DNA of 64,000 bases from Marsupella aquatica (GCA_973895155.1 OZ316899.1:1077573-1141572); one strand, 5' to 3'. Counted from the first letter of the stretch, positions 1 through 13,337 are shown. Program-made: numbers and translations. The notes: a model not told the origin generated them from the sequence alone.

Positions 1-3000
1 CAGTAAGCAGACCAAACAGCGGGAACGCGGACTCGACAAACTAGACTACAAAGGTTAGTATGACCCTTACAGCCTTGGGATTTTGGACCTTGTTTGGCGA
101 CGTAGGTGCTAAGTTCTCCAAGACTTACTAGTACTCTTGTCCCGAGAAAGCCGCTTATGAACGAAGATACGCAAAGCTGGTGGCCAAGGTAGCACAGGTT
201 AATTGCGAGAAGACAGCCATCACCAGAGATTCCAGCTACAACGAGCTGCGAGACTACATCACCGAGCTATATCTCAACGAGGAAGGGCTTAGATCGGTAG
301 CAAAGGCGATTCTTGAAGTCCCCGCAAAGTTCTTTAGGCTAAAGGGCAGCCAGCGGCTTACTCAAGCGGAGTTTGACAAGATCCCGGGGTACCTAGACCA
401 GCAGATCGCAGCCGAAAGGCGCCAAGAAGACATCAGCAGACAACGGGAAGCGGCGCGTAACCTTACGTTCCTCGGGGAAATGTCCAACGCCTTCAACTGG
501 GATATGGCAACACCAACACCACCAGCGCCTCAGCCGATGACCACCGGCGTACCACCGAACCAGTCCCAAGTCCGCCCCGTGAACAATACCGAGTGTTCTT
601 TGGGTTTCGAGCGAGTTAGTCCGCATCTCGAGCAGCGTTCTTGTAAGCAGGCAAGAACGACGCCGGCACCCAAATCGACAACACGAACCAACGCCGCTCC
701 TGCACCTGCCCCAACAAACCCCCCGGCCAACCAGACCCGACGGCCCCCGGATAATCCCAAGTCTAACTTATTACAGGTAATCCGCGTTCCCGAGGTAGTC
801 TGGATCGCGATCAAGAAACTCAACCACACGGAATATCTCAAGGAGCATCAGTTAGAGCAGTTCGCTCACTTGCTATGGAGACCGTGCTTGGCCGGGCCAA
901 AGGAGATTTGTGAGTTCATCTCCAATTTCGACACCGACGCATCGACCACTAAGGTTTCAGGGCAGACCTTATCACTCACGGAGCATCGGTTGGCACAGAT
1001 CTTCTGCATGCCAAGCGGACCGGTGCCGGTTGAACTCCGAATTTGGGATGAGGAGTATACACCTCGACACTTCAAACCCGAAGGTAAGACAAACAACGGA
1101 TACAAGCAGGGGTCATGCACCAACTTAATCTGCATGGAGCGGCTTAACTTCATACGGACTACCCTACACATGATTGAGCCACGATCCAAGATTTCCCTCT
1201 GCACGATCGTGCAGGTGGAACAGTACAAACGGCGGAACTGGGCCCAATTCTTTTACCGAAGGTTCTCGGGAGAGCTTAAGCGGGCTCAGGGAGGTATGGC
1301 TATTGGGGGGAAGACTTACTTGGGAAGTCATATCGCCATCATCCTCGCCTGGTACAAAGCACGGCGGGAGGCCAGGGGAAAGAATATGGCCACCTCAGCC
1401 CCGACTAATGTCACCCCCGCCCCAGAAGAGGCAACCCCAAGTGGGCGGACTACCGTCCCTTGGGCAAACCCCAAGCCGGAGGCCCCGACTAATACTCCGT
1501 CACCTCCTCCTGTCAAAATTCCGCCGCCCCCTTCCGTCGAGCCTCCGCTACCCGCAGTACCACCACCCCCAATTCCTCCACCACCTGAAGAAACCTTCCC
1601 CTCCCCAGCGCAGACTACGGAGGAGATCATTGCCCCGCCCGAGGAACCACCGGTACCCGAGAGGATGGAGGACTACCAAATAGCCCCGGAGACCATGGCC
1701 TACGACCTGGTCCAGAAGTTTAGCCAGACTATGTTTGGGGAGCTGGCGATGTACATCGAACAACAAGTCTCGACGTACTTTCAACCAGCCTTCTTCATGT
1801 TAGAGCACCAACCACGGATCGTCGGCCGCTTGGAAGAAGAACTCATGGCGAAGGGGAATGAGATCGGGCGACTCCAAATGCTGGTGGAACACCTCGAGGA
1901 GGAGGCCACTACCCGCCGCGAGGAGTTAGCCCGCACCGTCGAACAGCGAGACGGACTAACCCAGGAGTTGAGTGGGGCACAAGCAGATCTCAAGAAGCTG
2001 GACGACACCGTGCTTCAGTTGCGCTCAGAATCCTCAGCTCGGGTTACTAGCCTAACCAACCTCAACAACCAATTCCTGCAGGCAGCTCAGCAGGTGGCTA
2101 GTCTCTCCGCTGAACGGGATAAATTGCTGGCGCAGGACCAGACCCATCGCGACTCCATTAACCAGCTCAATCGGGAGGTAGCTCGGCTCCAGACAGAGGC
2201 CGATGAAGCCACAAACGAGGCGGAGGAGGCGGTGCGGGACAACAAGGCCTTGCAGGACCGCATTACCCTGCTCGTCCTCCAGCAGGGAAAATCTGGGCCC
2301 ACCTCTGATCAAGGCGGCTCGAGGTCTTGCCTTGACAGGGGGACAAACCCTAGTCCGACCACAGCACGCACGTAAGGGGTGGTTAGCGAAGGGTGGAAGC
2401 AGGCGCCGCGCAAGGCAGTGAGTCAACAACATCTTGTGGTTAGGTGTAACGACAAAATAGCTGTCATTAGGCGCCAATTAGCGGCAGTAGGAAGAATTAG
2501 GACCGAAACAGTCAGGATCAGCCAACGTAGGATGGAGTCCATCAACGGACTAGATTTTGTCAGTAGGCTTAGCTGTTGCCATTCCGGTCAGCACCCTTGT
2601 CGTCGACGGTCAACCAGTCAGGGCGGCGCAGCCAGTTAGTCAGTAGAAGAAAAGGCGAGACACGGGGAGTCCCGGCCTGAGCAAGGTCAAAGCGCACCAA
2701 GGAGTGAGAGCCAGAGTCAAGCTTGCTGGGCAAGTGCGAGGCGGGGCCTCGTAGAGACTGGGCATCGACTGCCGTTGGGCCTGCTGACCCCCCTTAGAAG
2801 TCGAGTCAACCATGTAAACTGATGCTTCGCTGAGTAAATGTAGTCTTTTCCCTCTAATGTTCCGCGAGTAACTGGTGTTGTGTGTATGCGTTGTCTGGGC
2901 AAAGGCGCCATTTCAAAGGACGTACAGGGTGCGGACTAATGGTAGAGATTGCCACCCATTGCATGTCATAAGGTTCTGTCGCGTTGATGGCTTGAAAGCC

Positions 3001-3223
3001 CCAAGCCGGGAGTTAGTCCGAGTCACTAACTATGGGATATTCCAACGGTGGAAAACAAATATACCTATGACTAGTACGAGTTGCGTAAGTGTTATACCAG
3101 TAAGTATATTGTCTTAGCCCAACTAGGGGCTAATCGAGGCCGCTACACACCTCCTTGCCCGAACCCTCACCCCTACTGGTCAAGGTCGCGCCATGGAGCT
3201 AACCAGGATTTAAGGCTGCGACA
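1..3223 (+). mobile_element. Partial LTR (family C, left end outside window) of a Gypsy lineage with protein-coding LTRs, inserted into the gag of another element
   Basis: Contains an ORF homologous to the LTR ORF of the intact element, followed by ~850 bp ending ...GCGACA at 3223 (the intact LTR has ~900 bp between ORF stop and ...GTGACA). No PBS follows; the sequence runs straight into mid-gag. Confidence 0.6.
60..2375 (+). pseudogene. LTR-borne ORF, family C: N-terminal unknown domain, Pro-rich linker, ATHILA-ORF1/plant-transposon-like central domain, Pro-rich linker, coiled coil; one premature TAG at 129-131
   Basis: ATG at 60 is in frame with ORF 180-2375. AILEVPAKFFRLKGSQRLTQAEFDKIP aligns with ALLRLPDEVFNIPGTIDLQRHHFDHIP of family A, and EFISNFD...LSLTEHRLAQIFCMP aligns with EFVKNYD...MSLTEERLKMIFGLP. 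Confidence 0.8.
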
Positions 3224-6200
3224 CAAAGAGACCGGAAGGGATGACCCCTTTGTGTGGAAACTGCGGTAAGGAAGGTCACTTACCTATGGAATGTCCTGTG
3301 CCACCAAAACCAAAGATGTTGGTCAGGTATGTACAAGAGCCAGTCAAAGAAACACAAAAACCGGAATCTAATGTTCGGCTTGTGTGCTATGAGGAAGAAA
3401 GGTGGCTTCCGGAAGGGCAGGTGGACCATGTCCGGATTGTGGAGGTCACCTCTCCAACTCATCGAGACCCAAGGAAGGAGTCTACCCCCCAAGTTGACAT
3501 CATGAAGAAAAAGGAACAAATAAGGGAAAAATCTCTCCCAAATTCAGGTCTAAAGCTGCATCCGAAAATTGGAATTGCTGACCTCAAATTTCCGGATATG
3601 AATGAAGGTGGATCGGAAGGCCTGGTATTTGACATTGAGGTGCCTCATTTGATCAAGGACGAGGAACTTGGCCAACCCAACAAAAGAGTTAGGGAGAGAG
3701 ACAGAGTACTGAATGTGTTTGCAGTGACTCGATCTAAGGAGAAAAAGTTGGCTAAACCCCTGGACAAGGAACTGAAGAAGGTCAGATAGCCTACCACTGC
3801 GGAAAGAGAAGAGGTGGACCACAAGAATGATGGAGCATATGACCGTAATGATCTCAAATATTTCTTGCTAGACATTTCTGCAGAAGTCAAGGAGATTTTG
3901 GCTTGGGAACTACAAGTGAAACCGGAAATCAAGAAGTCACTTACTCCTGCGATAACTTCAGTTGAGGAAGGGAAATTGAAATTGGGGAAATCCCAACCAT
4001 ATGACATTGTAGCGGATATTGACAATGTCAAAGCCAACATCACTATAGGAGAATTGATAAGAATTAACCCTCAATTTTGAAGGGAGATCAGATTAGTGGG
4101 TGGCAGAAGAAGGAGAAAAGCCAAATTGCCAACTGTAGATGTGCATAATTGCTTCCACCTTGAGGCTTCGGATAGAGGACAACCTATATTGACAATTCAA
4201 ATTGCTGGGTGTTCTATTCCGGGAGTCCCTGTTGATGGAGGATCGGGTGTCAATCTCATGACAAAATCTATTGCATACAGTTTGGGATTTGAAAAATTTG
4301 AGCCAACTGATCGTTTCCTGAGAATGGCGGACCAAACCTGGGTTGCTCCCGTTGGCATTTTACAGAATGTGGATACAATAATTGGAGGAATTACATTTCC
4401 TTTGGTGTATGTAATTATTCGACCCTCTTCTCCTTCCAATTTTCCAATCCTGTTAGGGCGGCCTTGGCTGTATGGTGCCGGGGTGAAAGTTAATTGGACT
4501 ATGAAGGAATTGACTTTTGGTACTCCTTGAGTGACAGTAAGCTGGGACGTAGATCCTCACCAAGGCGAGACAGAGATGGACGAGGGCTATACTTCAAATT
4601 CCACAGTCACATCAATAGAGTTTGATTTAGGCGGAAACAAGACGAAGAGACTGAAAGAAGATGACGTTCAATTCCTTGACATTTTTTAATTTGATGCCCC
4701 GGAAATTCCGGAAATAACGGCCATCACTACAAATCCGTAAATATCATCAGATCCGGATCAGGCACACTTCATCCGAAAAGATCTGGTTTTACACTCCGAT
4801 CCAGAAAAAGATTCTAGATCCGGCTTACAACCTGCATGACGCGAGGACCCTTCCTACCTAAGCGCTGGAGTCAAATCTAGGATCTTGGATGGGGAGGGAG
4901 TCAAAATTGACCAAGAAGGTGTCAGCGCAAATTTCTTACCAGAAGAAGCAAAAGGATTGACCATTGAGCCGATGGGTTTTACTAAAGGGATAGTAGATCC
5001 ACGAGCTTGTCAAAAGGCAGAGATTGAACCTGGAAATTTTTTGAATATTAGCAATCATATTCAGGGGGACCTGCGAACTAAGTATGTGGAATTGTTGAAA
5101 CAATATAGGGATGTTTTTGCCTGGAGCCATATCGATATCAAAGGCATACCCTCTTACCTCGGACAACACCGGATAGACTTGGTTGACGGAGCAGTTCCAA
5201 TAAGGCAAAGGCAATATCGCCTTAATCCAAAATACTCCATAATGGTGAAGGATGAGATTGATAAGCTAACTCAAGGCGGATTCATTTTTCCAGTCCTAAG
5301 CAGTGAGTGGGTTTCTCCCATAGTTATTGTGCCCAAGAAACCAGGTCCGGATGGAAAAGTTAAAATACGGGTTTGTCAAGATTTCTGGAAGTTGAATGCA
5401 TCCACTAGGAAGGACCATTACTCCTTACCTTTCATTGACATTGTTTTAGATACGGTTGCAGGACATGATCTTTTCAGTTTCCTCGATGGTTACTCTGGGT
5501 ATAACCAAATTTCAGTCAGGGAGGAGGACCGCAACAAGACCACGTTCACCACGAACTGGGGCACATATGCTTTTTCAGTAATGCCATTTGGACTCTGCAA
5601 CGCCCCAGGAACTTTTCAGAGGATCATGATGATAATTTTTCAAGAATATCTTCATCGATTTTTGGAAATTTTTATTGACGACTTCTGTGTTTTTAGTACA
5701 GAAGAGGAGCATCTGGAAAAGCTGAGGTTAACTTTCCAGAAATGCCGAGAAGCTCGCCTTTGTTTACATCCAGAAAAATGTTTCATGGGGATGCAAAAAG
5801 GAGTGTTGTTGGGACACGTGATCTCTTGAAAGGGGATCGAAGTGGATTCTGAAAAAGTGAAGATTATTCAAAATCTTCAACCCCCTGCTAATCTAAGGGA
5901 GTTGAGAGCATTTTTAGGTCATGTGGGATACTATCGAAGATTTATTCGTAAATATGCTGAGATTGCAATGCCTCTGACTCAGTTGTTGAAGAAGGATGTT
6001 GAATATACCTGGACTAACGCTCGGCAAATAGCTTTCTGGAATTTGAAAGATAAGTTGGTGTCTGCCCCTGTGATGATACCACCTGATTGGGATAAACCTT
6101 TCCATGTGTACATTGACGCATCCGCATTTTGTGTTGGGGCAGTCCTTAGTCAGAAGGATGAAGCTGGTAAGGACCATCCTATCTTCTATGCTAGTAGACA

Positions 6201-6727
6201 AATGAACCCTGCTGAGAAGAACTATACTGTCACGGAAAGGGAAGCCTTGGCGGTGGTGTTTGCGCGTAAGAAGTTCAGACATTACTTGTTGGGCTATCCT
6301 ACGGTATTTCATACTGATCATTCTTCGCTAAAATATTTAGTCAATCAAACTGATCTTTCCGGAAGAATTGCTAGATGGGTTCTTTTACTACAAGAATTTG
6401 ACTTTACTGTGGAAGTTCAACCCGGAAAACATCATGAGAATGCTGATTTCCTCTCGAGGATAGACGGTGAGGCGAACAAATCTCCATTGAATAATAGATT
6501 TCCGGATGAAGATATTTTCTGTGTTCATGAGGAGGATTCTTGGTATGCTGATATCATCAAACTTCTGACTTTGGGTGTTTTACCAGAAAATCTGAACAAG
6601 GAGCAACAAGCAGTTTTCATCCATAAGGTTGGACCTTATACTTTATGCGGAGGTGTGTTGTACAAGCAGACTCCAGATCAAGAGTTAAAGAGATGTCTTG
6701 AGAAGAAGGAGATTAAGACTATGATTC
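3224..6727 (+). pseudogene. Decayed Ty3/Gypsy gag-pol fragment (family D): zinc knuckle, protease, RT, RNase H, start of integrase linker
   Basis: CGNCGKEGHLPMEC knuckle; PVDGGSGVN protease; MPFGLCNAPGTFQR and FIDDF RT motifs; YIDASAFCVGAVLSQ and ERE ALAVVF RNase H. Several in-frame stops (4078, 4528, 5827). Confidence 0.93.
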
Positions 6728-8429
6728 TGTTGAAGTTCCGGAACCTGTCCAAAGACCGGAAAGTAGAGGAAGTCTTTCGGGTGTGACGCCCAGTTCGAAG
6801 TGGACGGCATCAGCAAAGTTGGAGCATGTCCGGATTTTCTTGGAGAGTGCGGCCGGAAAGACAAAACAACTTGAGGACCTTGTTGGGACGGTTGCTAAGA
6901 TGCTCAACTGCAGCCCGGTTGTCATCGTTTCCACTCTGGACATGGTGATCAAGAGTCAGGCTAAGAAGCGGATCTGGGACTTGGAGGATCAGGCCTTCAA
7001 GGACAGACAAAAGATTGACTCTTTGGTGGACCAGTTGGATGCTGCACAGAAGAAGTTGGAGGAACACCTGAAGATCCGGAAACTACAAAATTTTGCAGTT
7101 ACCGAAAGCACTTCATGTACCAGTCCTGAGCTTGTTGGAAGCTAACCTGATAGATAAGTATTTAGCGACAGCCAACCCAGGCACCCTTGTTAAGGTTATT
7201 GAGTGCAATAACCGCTTTGCCAAGAAGATTTCCGGAACGTTTGAGCAGATGGAGAAAGTGATTTTGGATGCGAAGTCCATGTTGACTCCTCCCAGAATCC
7301 GGATTCCGGAATCTGGAATGTCTCTTGGCATAACCTCACCAAGGAGTTCTCTCTCCTGAGGATTGATAGTAATCAATGCACAAAAACTAATAATTAAAGA
7401 AAGGCATGGAAAAGGACTAGTAAGAATGTCTTATCAATTGACTCATGAGAAGAGATGATGGAAAATGACGATCCCCAGCAAATCAACAGGATTCTGGATT
7501 TTTAAGATTCAGAACGCAACAGAGCTCATAACATGGTGGAATTAGAATAGACATCAAAAATTAACTAGAAATTGACATGGAGATCTAGCTATCAAACCAA
7601 GAATTCTTTCTGGTCAACAAATGTGACGGTACTAGAATGCTTGAATTGGTATCTTCTCACACAAAGATTTCTAGATTGTCAAATAGATATCTTCTCAATC
7701 AAATTTAGATAATTACTCATGGGAAAGGAAACATTCCATTTCGACTACTGAAACAATAGGACTTCAATGCTAACTAGAATCCATATGAGTAATTCAAATC
7801 AAAATCCAACTTCAAAGTATGATGGTAAAATTTCTAAGTATTAACTTCTCAACAGGAGAAGGAGTCTGCAGTTCTACTCACAACAGGTCAAGGCTCAACA
7901 GGAGCACCTGAGGAGGAGCTTCTATGCTTCCAACAGAAACTGAGAACTAAAGAAAAATGAATTTGTGTTCCTCCAAAGATACACAAAGGAAGGATCCCAA
8001 AAGTCACAAAGTGTCATTTCCGGTTTTCGTGGAAGAAAAATTAACTGTCAATAAAAATCCGGAAATGAGAACAAAGGAAAATCCGGAAATGGATGTAAGG
8101 CAAAATCCGGATTTTGATTTCCGGTTCTACTACTAAATCCGGATTTAGATCCTAGTCGGATCCGGAAATGCTAACTAACTAACTAAAACAACTAATCTAT
8201 TGAGCATCATCAACTACATCTACTCTAACTGACTCATGTGTAAGATCAACTGGACTAGCAGGTTTCAGAGGAGGAGATGTAATTAAACTCGCAGTAGCCT
8301 CCAAGTCCTTCAAATCAAAAGGTGTTCCACGTGTTGGACTGATAGTCGGAGGTGACACTAATGGAAAACGGAACTCAACCTTCTCAAATCCGGGTGGAGT
8401 GCCTCCTGCTTCATTTTCCTCTTGCAACA
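6728..8429. mobile_element. 1.7-kb TGTTG...CAACA-bounded segment, putative LTR or recombined LTR of a further family
   Basis: 5-bp terminal inverted TGTTG/CAACA exactly at both junctions with flanking pol fragments. Flanks GATTC and CCGCC do not form a TSD. Contains coiled-coil-like ORF remnants (6783-7359). Confidence 0.4.
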
Positions 8430-8431
8430 CC

Positions 8432-9295
8432 GCCACCAAATGGGTCGAGGCACGGGCTATGGTGAAAGACGACGCCACAACAAGCGCCAGGTTCTTATAT
8501 GAACAGATTTTCACTCGCTTCAGGCCACCACTGGAGCTAGTCAGCGATCGGGGAACGCATTTCATCAATGACACCATCACGCGCCTCACGGAACGATACC
8601 TGGTCAAACATCGCAAGACCACCCCGTACCACCCAAAGGCCAACGGTCTGACGGAGAGAGCAAATGGTATTATTGGGAAAGTCCTCAACAAAACCGTAGC
8701 CGCGCATAAAACCGATTGGGATGACAAATTATACGTCACGCTATACTCGTATAATCTAGCTTACAAAACTACTACAAGTCACAGTCCGTATTTTCTCGTG
8801 TTTGGCCGACATTCGTTGGTGCCCGTTGAGTTTAAAGTACACACTCCACGAGTCAGCATTCGGGATCGCTTACCCGAATCTGAAAGTTTGTCAGACCGAG
8901 CTTATCAAATTGAAGCCTTAGAAGAGGCACGGCTACTGGCAGCTTGACACGCCGTAAAGTAGTAGGCAGCTTCCAAGAAGCAACACGACAAAGGACTACA
9001 AAAGGTCGACGTCGTGACGAGCGATCTAGTCCTACTGTACGATAGTAGGTACATGTAGTTTCCGGGGAAGCTTCATACCCGTTGGTAAGGGCCTTTCCTA
9101 GTCAATCAGATCTATCCTAACGGATCTTTGGAACTTGCAACGTACGCCGACGATTTACTCCCCATGCAAGTCAGTTACGATCGTGTGAAGAAGTACCACC
9201 ATCAAGATAACGACGCCGATAGTGATGTTCACGAGGATGCTTCACAATTAAGCAGGGAGCTATGTGCCGCCGCCGGTACGGCAGGAAATGAGTGA
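8432..9295 (+). pseudogene. C-terminal half of a Gypsy integrase (family A', close relative of the intact element)
   Basis: ATKWVEARA, LVSDRGTHF, TPYHPKANGLTER motifs. Near-colinear with 23070-23934. Premature stops at 8945 and beyond. Followed by PPT AAGCAGGGAG and LTR start TGTG at 9263. Confidence 0.92.
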
Positions 9296-9620
9296 TTTGG
9301 CCTAACCGCACTTAGCATGCACGTTAGGGGTATCTTAGGCCGTAATTATTAGAGTAACGACAGTATTTAGGTAGCTATTATGAGAAGGAAATCATTAGTC
9401 AATAAGGGGCATTTGTGTTTGGGCCGGCGACGGGTCGCCATTTGCACGTCGGGTTGTGAGCGTGTAATGGGCCCCTTCCTCGGGTCCGTATAATGAACTC
9501 CGGGAGGCGACCACTAACACACGCTGGCCCGGACTGGTGGAGTGGTCGGTACACTGCAAGCGTGAAAGGCTCGGCCTATAAGCGACGAGGAGGCGTCAGG
9601 CGACCGACGAGCTCCCAGGG

Positions 9621-9627
9621 TATAAAA
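9621..9627 (+). promoter_or_regulatory. TATA box of family A' LTR
   Basis: TATAAAA at the position homologous to 14167 and 24260, ~100 bp upstream of the LTR ORF ATG. Confidence 0.6.
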
Positions 9628-9726
9628 TGGGGGCCAATCGTTTGCAGGGCACCAGTTCTTCAGTTCATGCGCCAGCTTCGACCCCAGTTCTCTCGCTCAG
9701 CCTTAGTCGCCTTCTATCTCCTCTGA

Positions 9727-12236
9727 ATGTTGCACACAATCCTTTCCAGTTCGGCCATACGATTTTGGACGCAGTTCCTCTCTATCAGAGGGCACTTGGC
9801 TGACTCATTGAAACATGCCAACCCGCGCTGATACAAAATTGAATGCGAATACAAGAGAGCCATCCGCCTAGCAGGCCACCGCCACTATCTCCTTAACTTT
9901 GACTACCCGTCCTAGAGCGAGCTTTACCAACCCGAAGAGATATCAGGGTACTTCTTCAACGGAGGCAAATATATCGGCTTCTGGAGGCACTGCTTCGGCT
10001 TCTGAACGAGGTCTTCAATATCCCAGGCACGATCAACTTACAGCGGCACCACTTCGATCACATCCCCGCTCGGGTCCAGGCTATCATCAACAGCAAGTTT
10101 GACACTACCTGGTCGACAAGGCCGTCTACACTTGCTTTGGAAAACCTCCACCGGCACCTACAGAACTTCATGGCAACTACACCATCAACAACCGGTGCCG
10201 GCCCGCCCGTGCCCGTACCCGCATCCACACCACCTCGGCCTCAACCGAGCCAATCCCCGCCACCGGTTGCACCACCTCTTTGAGTACAATCCGTGGTGAA
10301 TGCGGTGAATATTAGCTCCGAAGACGAGGAGGCTCACCCCCCTCTGAATCAACGGCCGCGGGGTATGACTCTACAGTTGCCGAACAACCCGACGCCACTC
10401 CAGCAAGCCCGAGGGGATAACACGATGACTCTAGCGGCCCCGGCACCAATACTCACGGCAATGGCACTACCGCCACCAGATAGGGAAGATGGGGATATGT
10501 CCCCCTCTTCCAATCACCCCAGGAATCAGTCTCGAGGAAGGAAGAGGAAGGAACCCACAACCGTATCCGGGTTACCTTTGGCCACGGTTGCGGTAGCCAA
10601 GCTAACCATGCATCGCATAGGGGACAATGTTCACAAGAACATCCTCCACCCCAAGCATGCATGCTATCTGAAGACCCAAGGGTTTGAGCACCTTGCCTCT
10701 CTCCCTTGGAACGGAAGTAGGTACTACGGGCAGGATATGACGGAGTTCATTAAGAACTTTGACAAGGCCCGTCAACAAACCTGAGCGCACGGGAGAGTGA
10801 TGTGTCTCAATGAGGCACGTTTGAAGATGATTTTCGGCCTACCCGAGGGGATAAACCAGGTAGAGTCACGAGCTCTTGGGGGCAAGGGAGCTAAATACCA
10901 GTCTTCTAGCTTCCTGACCGAGGGAGCAGTGGACAATGGATTCTTGATGAGGACGTGCCTCATCCCAGAAGTGGCAAAACGCCTGGAGTTCCAGCGGTAC
11001 GCCCTCCACATGATGGAACCCAGAGGCAAAATATCGTCCGCCCAGGTCATCTAGGTGGAGAACTATCAGCCCAGGAAGTGGGCGTCCTTCTTCGTCAAGA
11101 AGTTCCACGAGGAGATGGAGCGGAGAAGAAAAACTTTACACCTTGGCAGAAAGGCATACTTTGCTAGCCACATCAAAATCATCATCGAGTGGTACGCTCA
11201 TTTTGACCGCCGCAGCCTCCCACGTATCAACGAGCCCGAGCTAACCCCGTCAAAGTGGGTGTTTCCAGCCCAGGTGAGGCGACCGCAGCCCAAGGCCCAA
11301 AGTTTGGCAGCTGCAAGCCCTGCTACCCCGGCCCCGCAACCCGCCGTTGCCGCCCCGCCAAGCATACCCATGGATGTCATCGCGACCTTAGATGCGATCA
11401 ATTGGGTCAATGCAATCAAAGTCGGGCCGGATGAAGCCATACCCGAACCAGATACCAAGGTAGCCGAGGAGATTCCGCCACCCCCGCGGTTGTGCAGGAG
11501 AACCGCCCAGCTCCAGTGGAACCAACCCCTTTGACCGACTTACCTCAAGGGCTGGATGTTTCCACTCCTACTCCCGCACGGGTTGGAGTTTGCCCGTGCC
11601 CGAATCCAGATGGACATAGTCTAGACCATCCGGAACTCTTTGCGCCGGTCACATTTTTGAACGGGTTGTTGGGAGATTTCTCTCAACAGATCTCACGGGA
11701 CACCGGGGAATACATGGCCCGGAAGGTGGCCTACTTCTTCAACCAGGAGTTGGTTGCGGCTGTAAAAGCAGGACATGCACAGGCAAAGATAGTGCAGAGA
11801 ATAGAGCGATACCGGGTTGAGTCTGCCTACCTGAAGGACAAAGTGGCAACCTGGAGGCTGAACTCCAGCAACTGCGGCCTTAGGTAATGGGCACGGAGGA
11901 CCAGGTTGTCAAGGCCAGGGCCCAGGCAGCTTTAGCAGAATAGGCCGGGCTCGGAAAGGATGCCAAGATTGCACGGCTCCGGACCAAGATCGATGGTTTG
12001 AAGGGACAAACTGTCATTTGGCAGAAGGATCTGGAGGACGCTGACTCTCGGTCTTAGTGGGACACAACCAAGATTGACACCCTGAAGACAGAGGTGGCGC
12101 GGCTTCAAGGAGAAGCCACAAAGCAGGCCCAGTTGGTGGATAAGCTGACAAGCGACGCCCAACAACTGGAGGAGGCATGCCAAGAGGCCGCGAAAGAGGC
12201 GGACGCAACGAAGCGGGAGAATGAATCTCTGCTGGA
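9727..12236 (+). pseudogene. Decayed LTR-borne ORF of family A' (3' end at 54438-54534)
   Basis: Colinear with 14275-16922. Multiple TGA/TAG stops at former CGA/CAG codons and one -1 frameshift near 9983. The N-terminal domain reads in frame through the PVPVP linker into VNAVNIS. Confidence 0.88.
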
Positions 12237-12261
12237 AACACGATTTTGGACCGACCAAGAA
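12237..12261 (+). repeat. Left TIR AACACGATTTTGGACCGACCAAGAA
   Basis: Reverse complement of 54409-54433 is AACACGATTTCCGACCGAACAAGAA (3 mismatches). Confidence 0.88.
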
Positions 12262-12483
12262 GTGTGACACACTTCTCGTTTGGCCCGATTCCATTTTTTT
12301 TCTAAGGCAATGCAATCTCCGATAAAACTGCCGAAAAATTAAAAAAACACGAGTTGCCTACATTGTATCGCCGCGGGAATGCAGGGAGCGATACGTGCAT
12401 TGGGTTTTACATTTGGTCTGTGAAAAAGTCCAAACTGGAAGTAACTTGGTCCAAAACCACGTAATCAAGGGTCAACCATGCAC

Positions 12484-12539
12484 TAACCCGGGTTAAGGTG
12501 GAAAGTAACCATGGTTAAGGGGGAAAGTCACCATGGTTA
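12484..12539. promoter_or_regulatory. Three 12-bp TAACCNNGGTTA palindromes at a 22-bp period, just upstream of a TATATAAA (12550-12557)
   Basis: TAACCCGGGTTA 12484, TAACCATGGTTA 12506, TCACCATGGTTA 12528. Confidence 0.5.
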
Positions 12540-12814
12540 GAGCATCCCCTATATAAAGAGGAGCGAGCTGCCCATAAAAAGTTTGTTTTTGCCGGAGCGA
12601 ACAACACCTCACTCAGAGTGAATACTGAACTCCTATCAAGTCTTTCATTCCTCCCAAGAGACTTGACTCTTTCTCCAGAGAACCCAATAAATTTATCGGA
12701 ACTACCATTCCAGTCGAGTATCATCCATGTAAGGTTGACTTGTCATTTGGTGTCAATGTCCTGGTCCAAGAGGACTGCAATAAATTTATCATTCATTCCA
12801 TAAATTATATTCAA

Positions 12815-13150
12815 GGTCCAATAAATTTATCGGAGTATCCATTCCTGTCATTGATTGAAGATTGCTTGAGACTCCGATAAATTTATTGCACTTTCCATTC
12901 CTGTGATTGATTGAAGGTTGCTTGAGACTCCGATAAATTATCGGAGTTTCCATTCCAGTGATTGATTGAGGATTGCTTGAGACTCCGATAAATTTATCGG
13001 AGTATCCAATCCCTGTGATTGATTGAAGATTGCTTGAGACTCCGATAAATTTATTGGACTTTCCATTCCAGTGATTGATTTAGGATTGCTTGAGACTCCG
13101 ATAAATTTATCGAAGTTTCCATTCTTGTGATTGATTGAAGATTGCTTGAG
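12815..13150 (+). repeat. ~56-bp subterminal tandem repeat x6, each unit carrying a CGATAAATTTATCG-type palindrome
   Basis: GAGACTCCGATAAATTT recurs at 12868, 12924, 12979, 13036, 13092. Confidence 0.92.
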
Positions 13151-13337
13151 TGTGTGAGGGAGTAATGTCTTCAAGATGAATGCGAGGTGCGATAAAGTTA
13201 TCGCACCCTCCTGTGAGACTCATCTTCCTCTGTTTTGTTTGGAGACTCATCTTCCTCTATGATGTCGTAGTGCTGCAGGGTTTAGGAGGCACAACAAAAG
13301 GTCGATTGCACTCGGTGGATCAAAGGTATAGTGACAA

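Larger units (their letters stand above)
9263..12236 (+). repeat. 3' LTR of family A' element, left part (interrupted by the giant TIR element; continues at 54434-55417)
   Basis: Starts TGTG after PPT and is homologous to 13809 onward. Breaks at ...AATCTCTGCTGGA and resumes as TGGACCAGGTCCAGC at 54434. The joined length of ~3.95 kb equals the intact LTR length. Confidence 0.9.
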
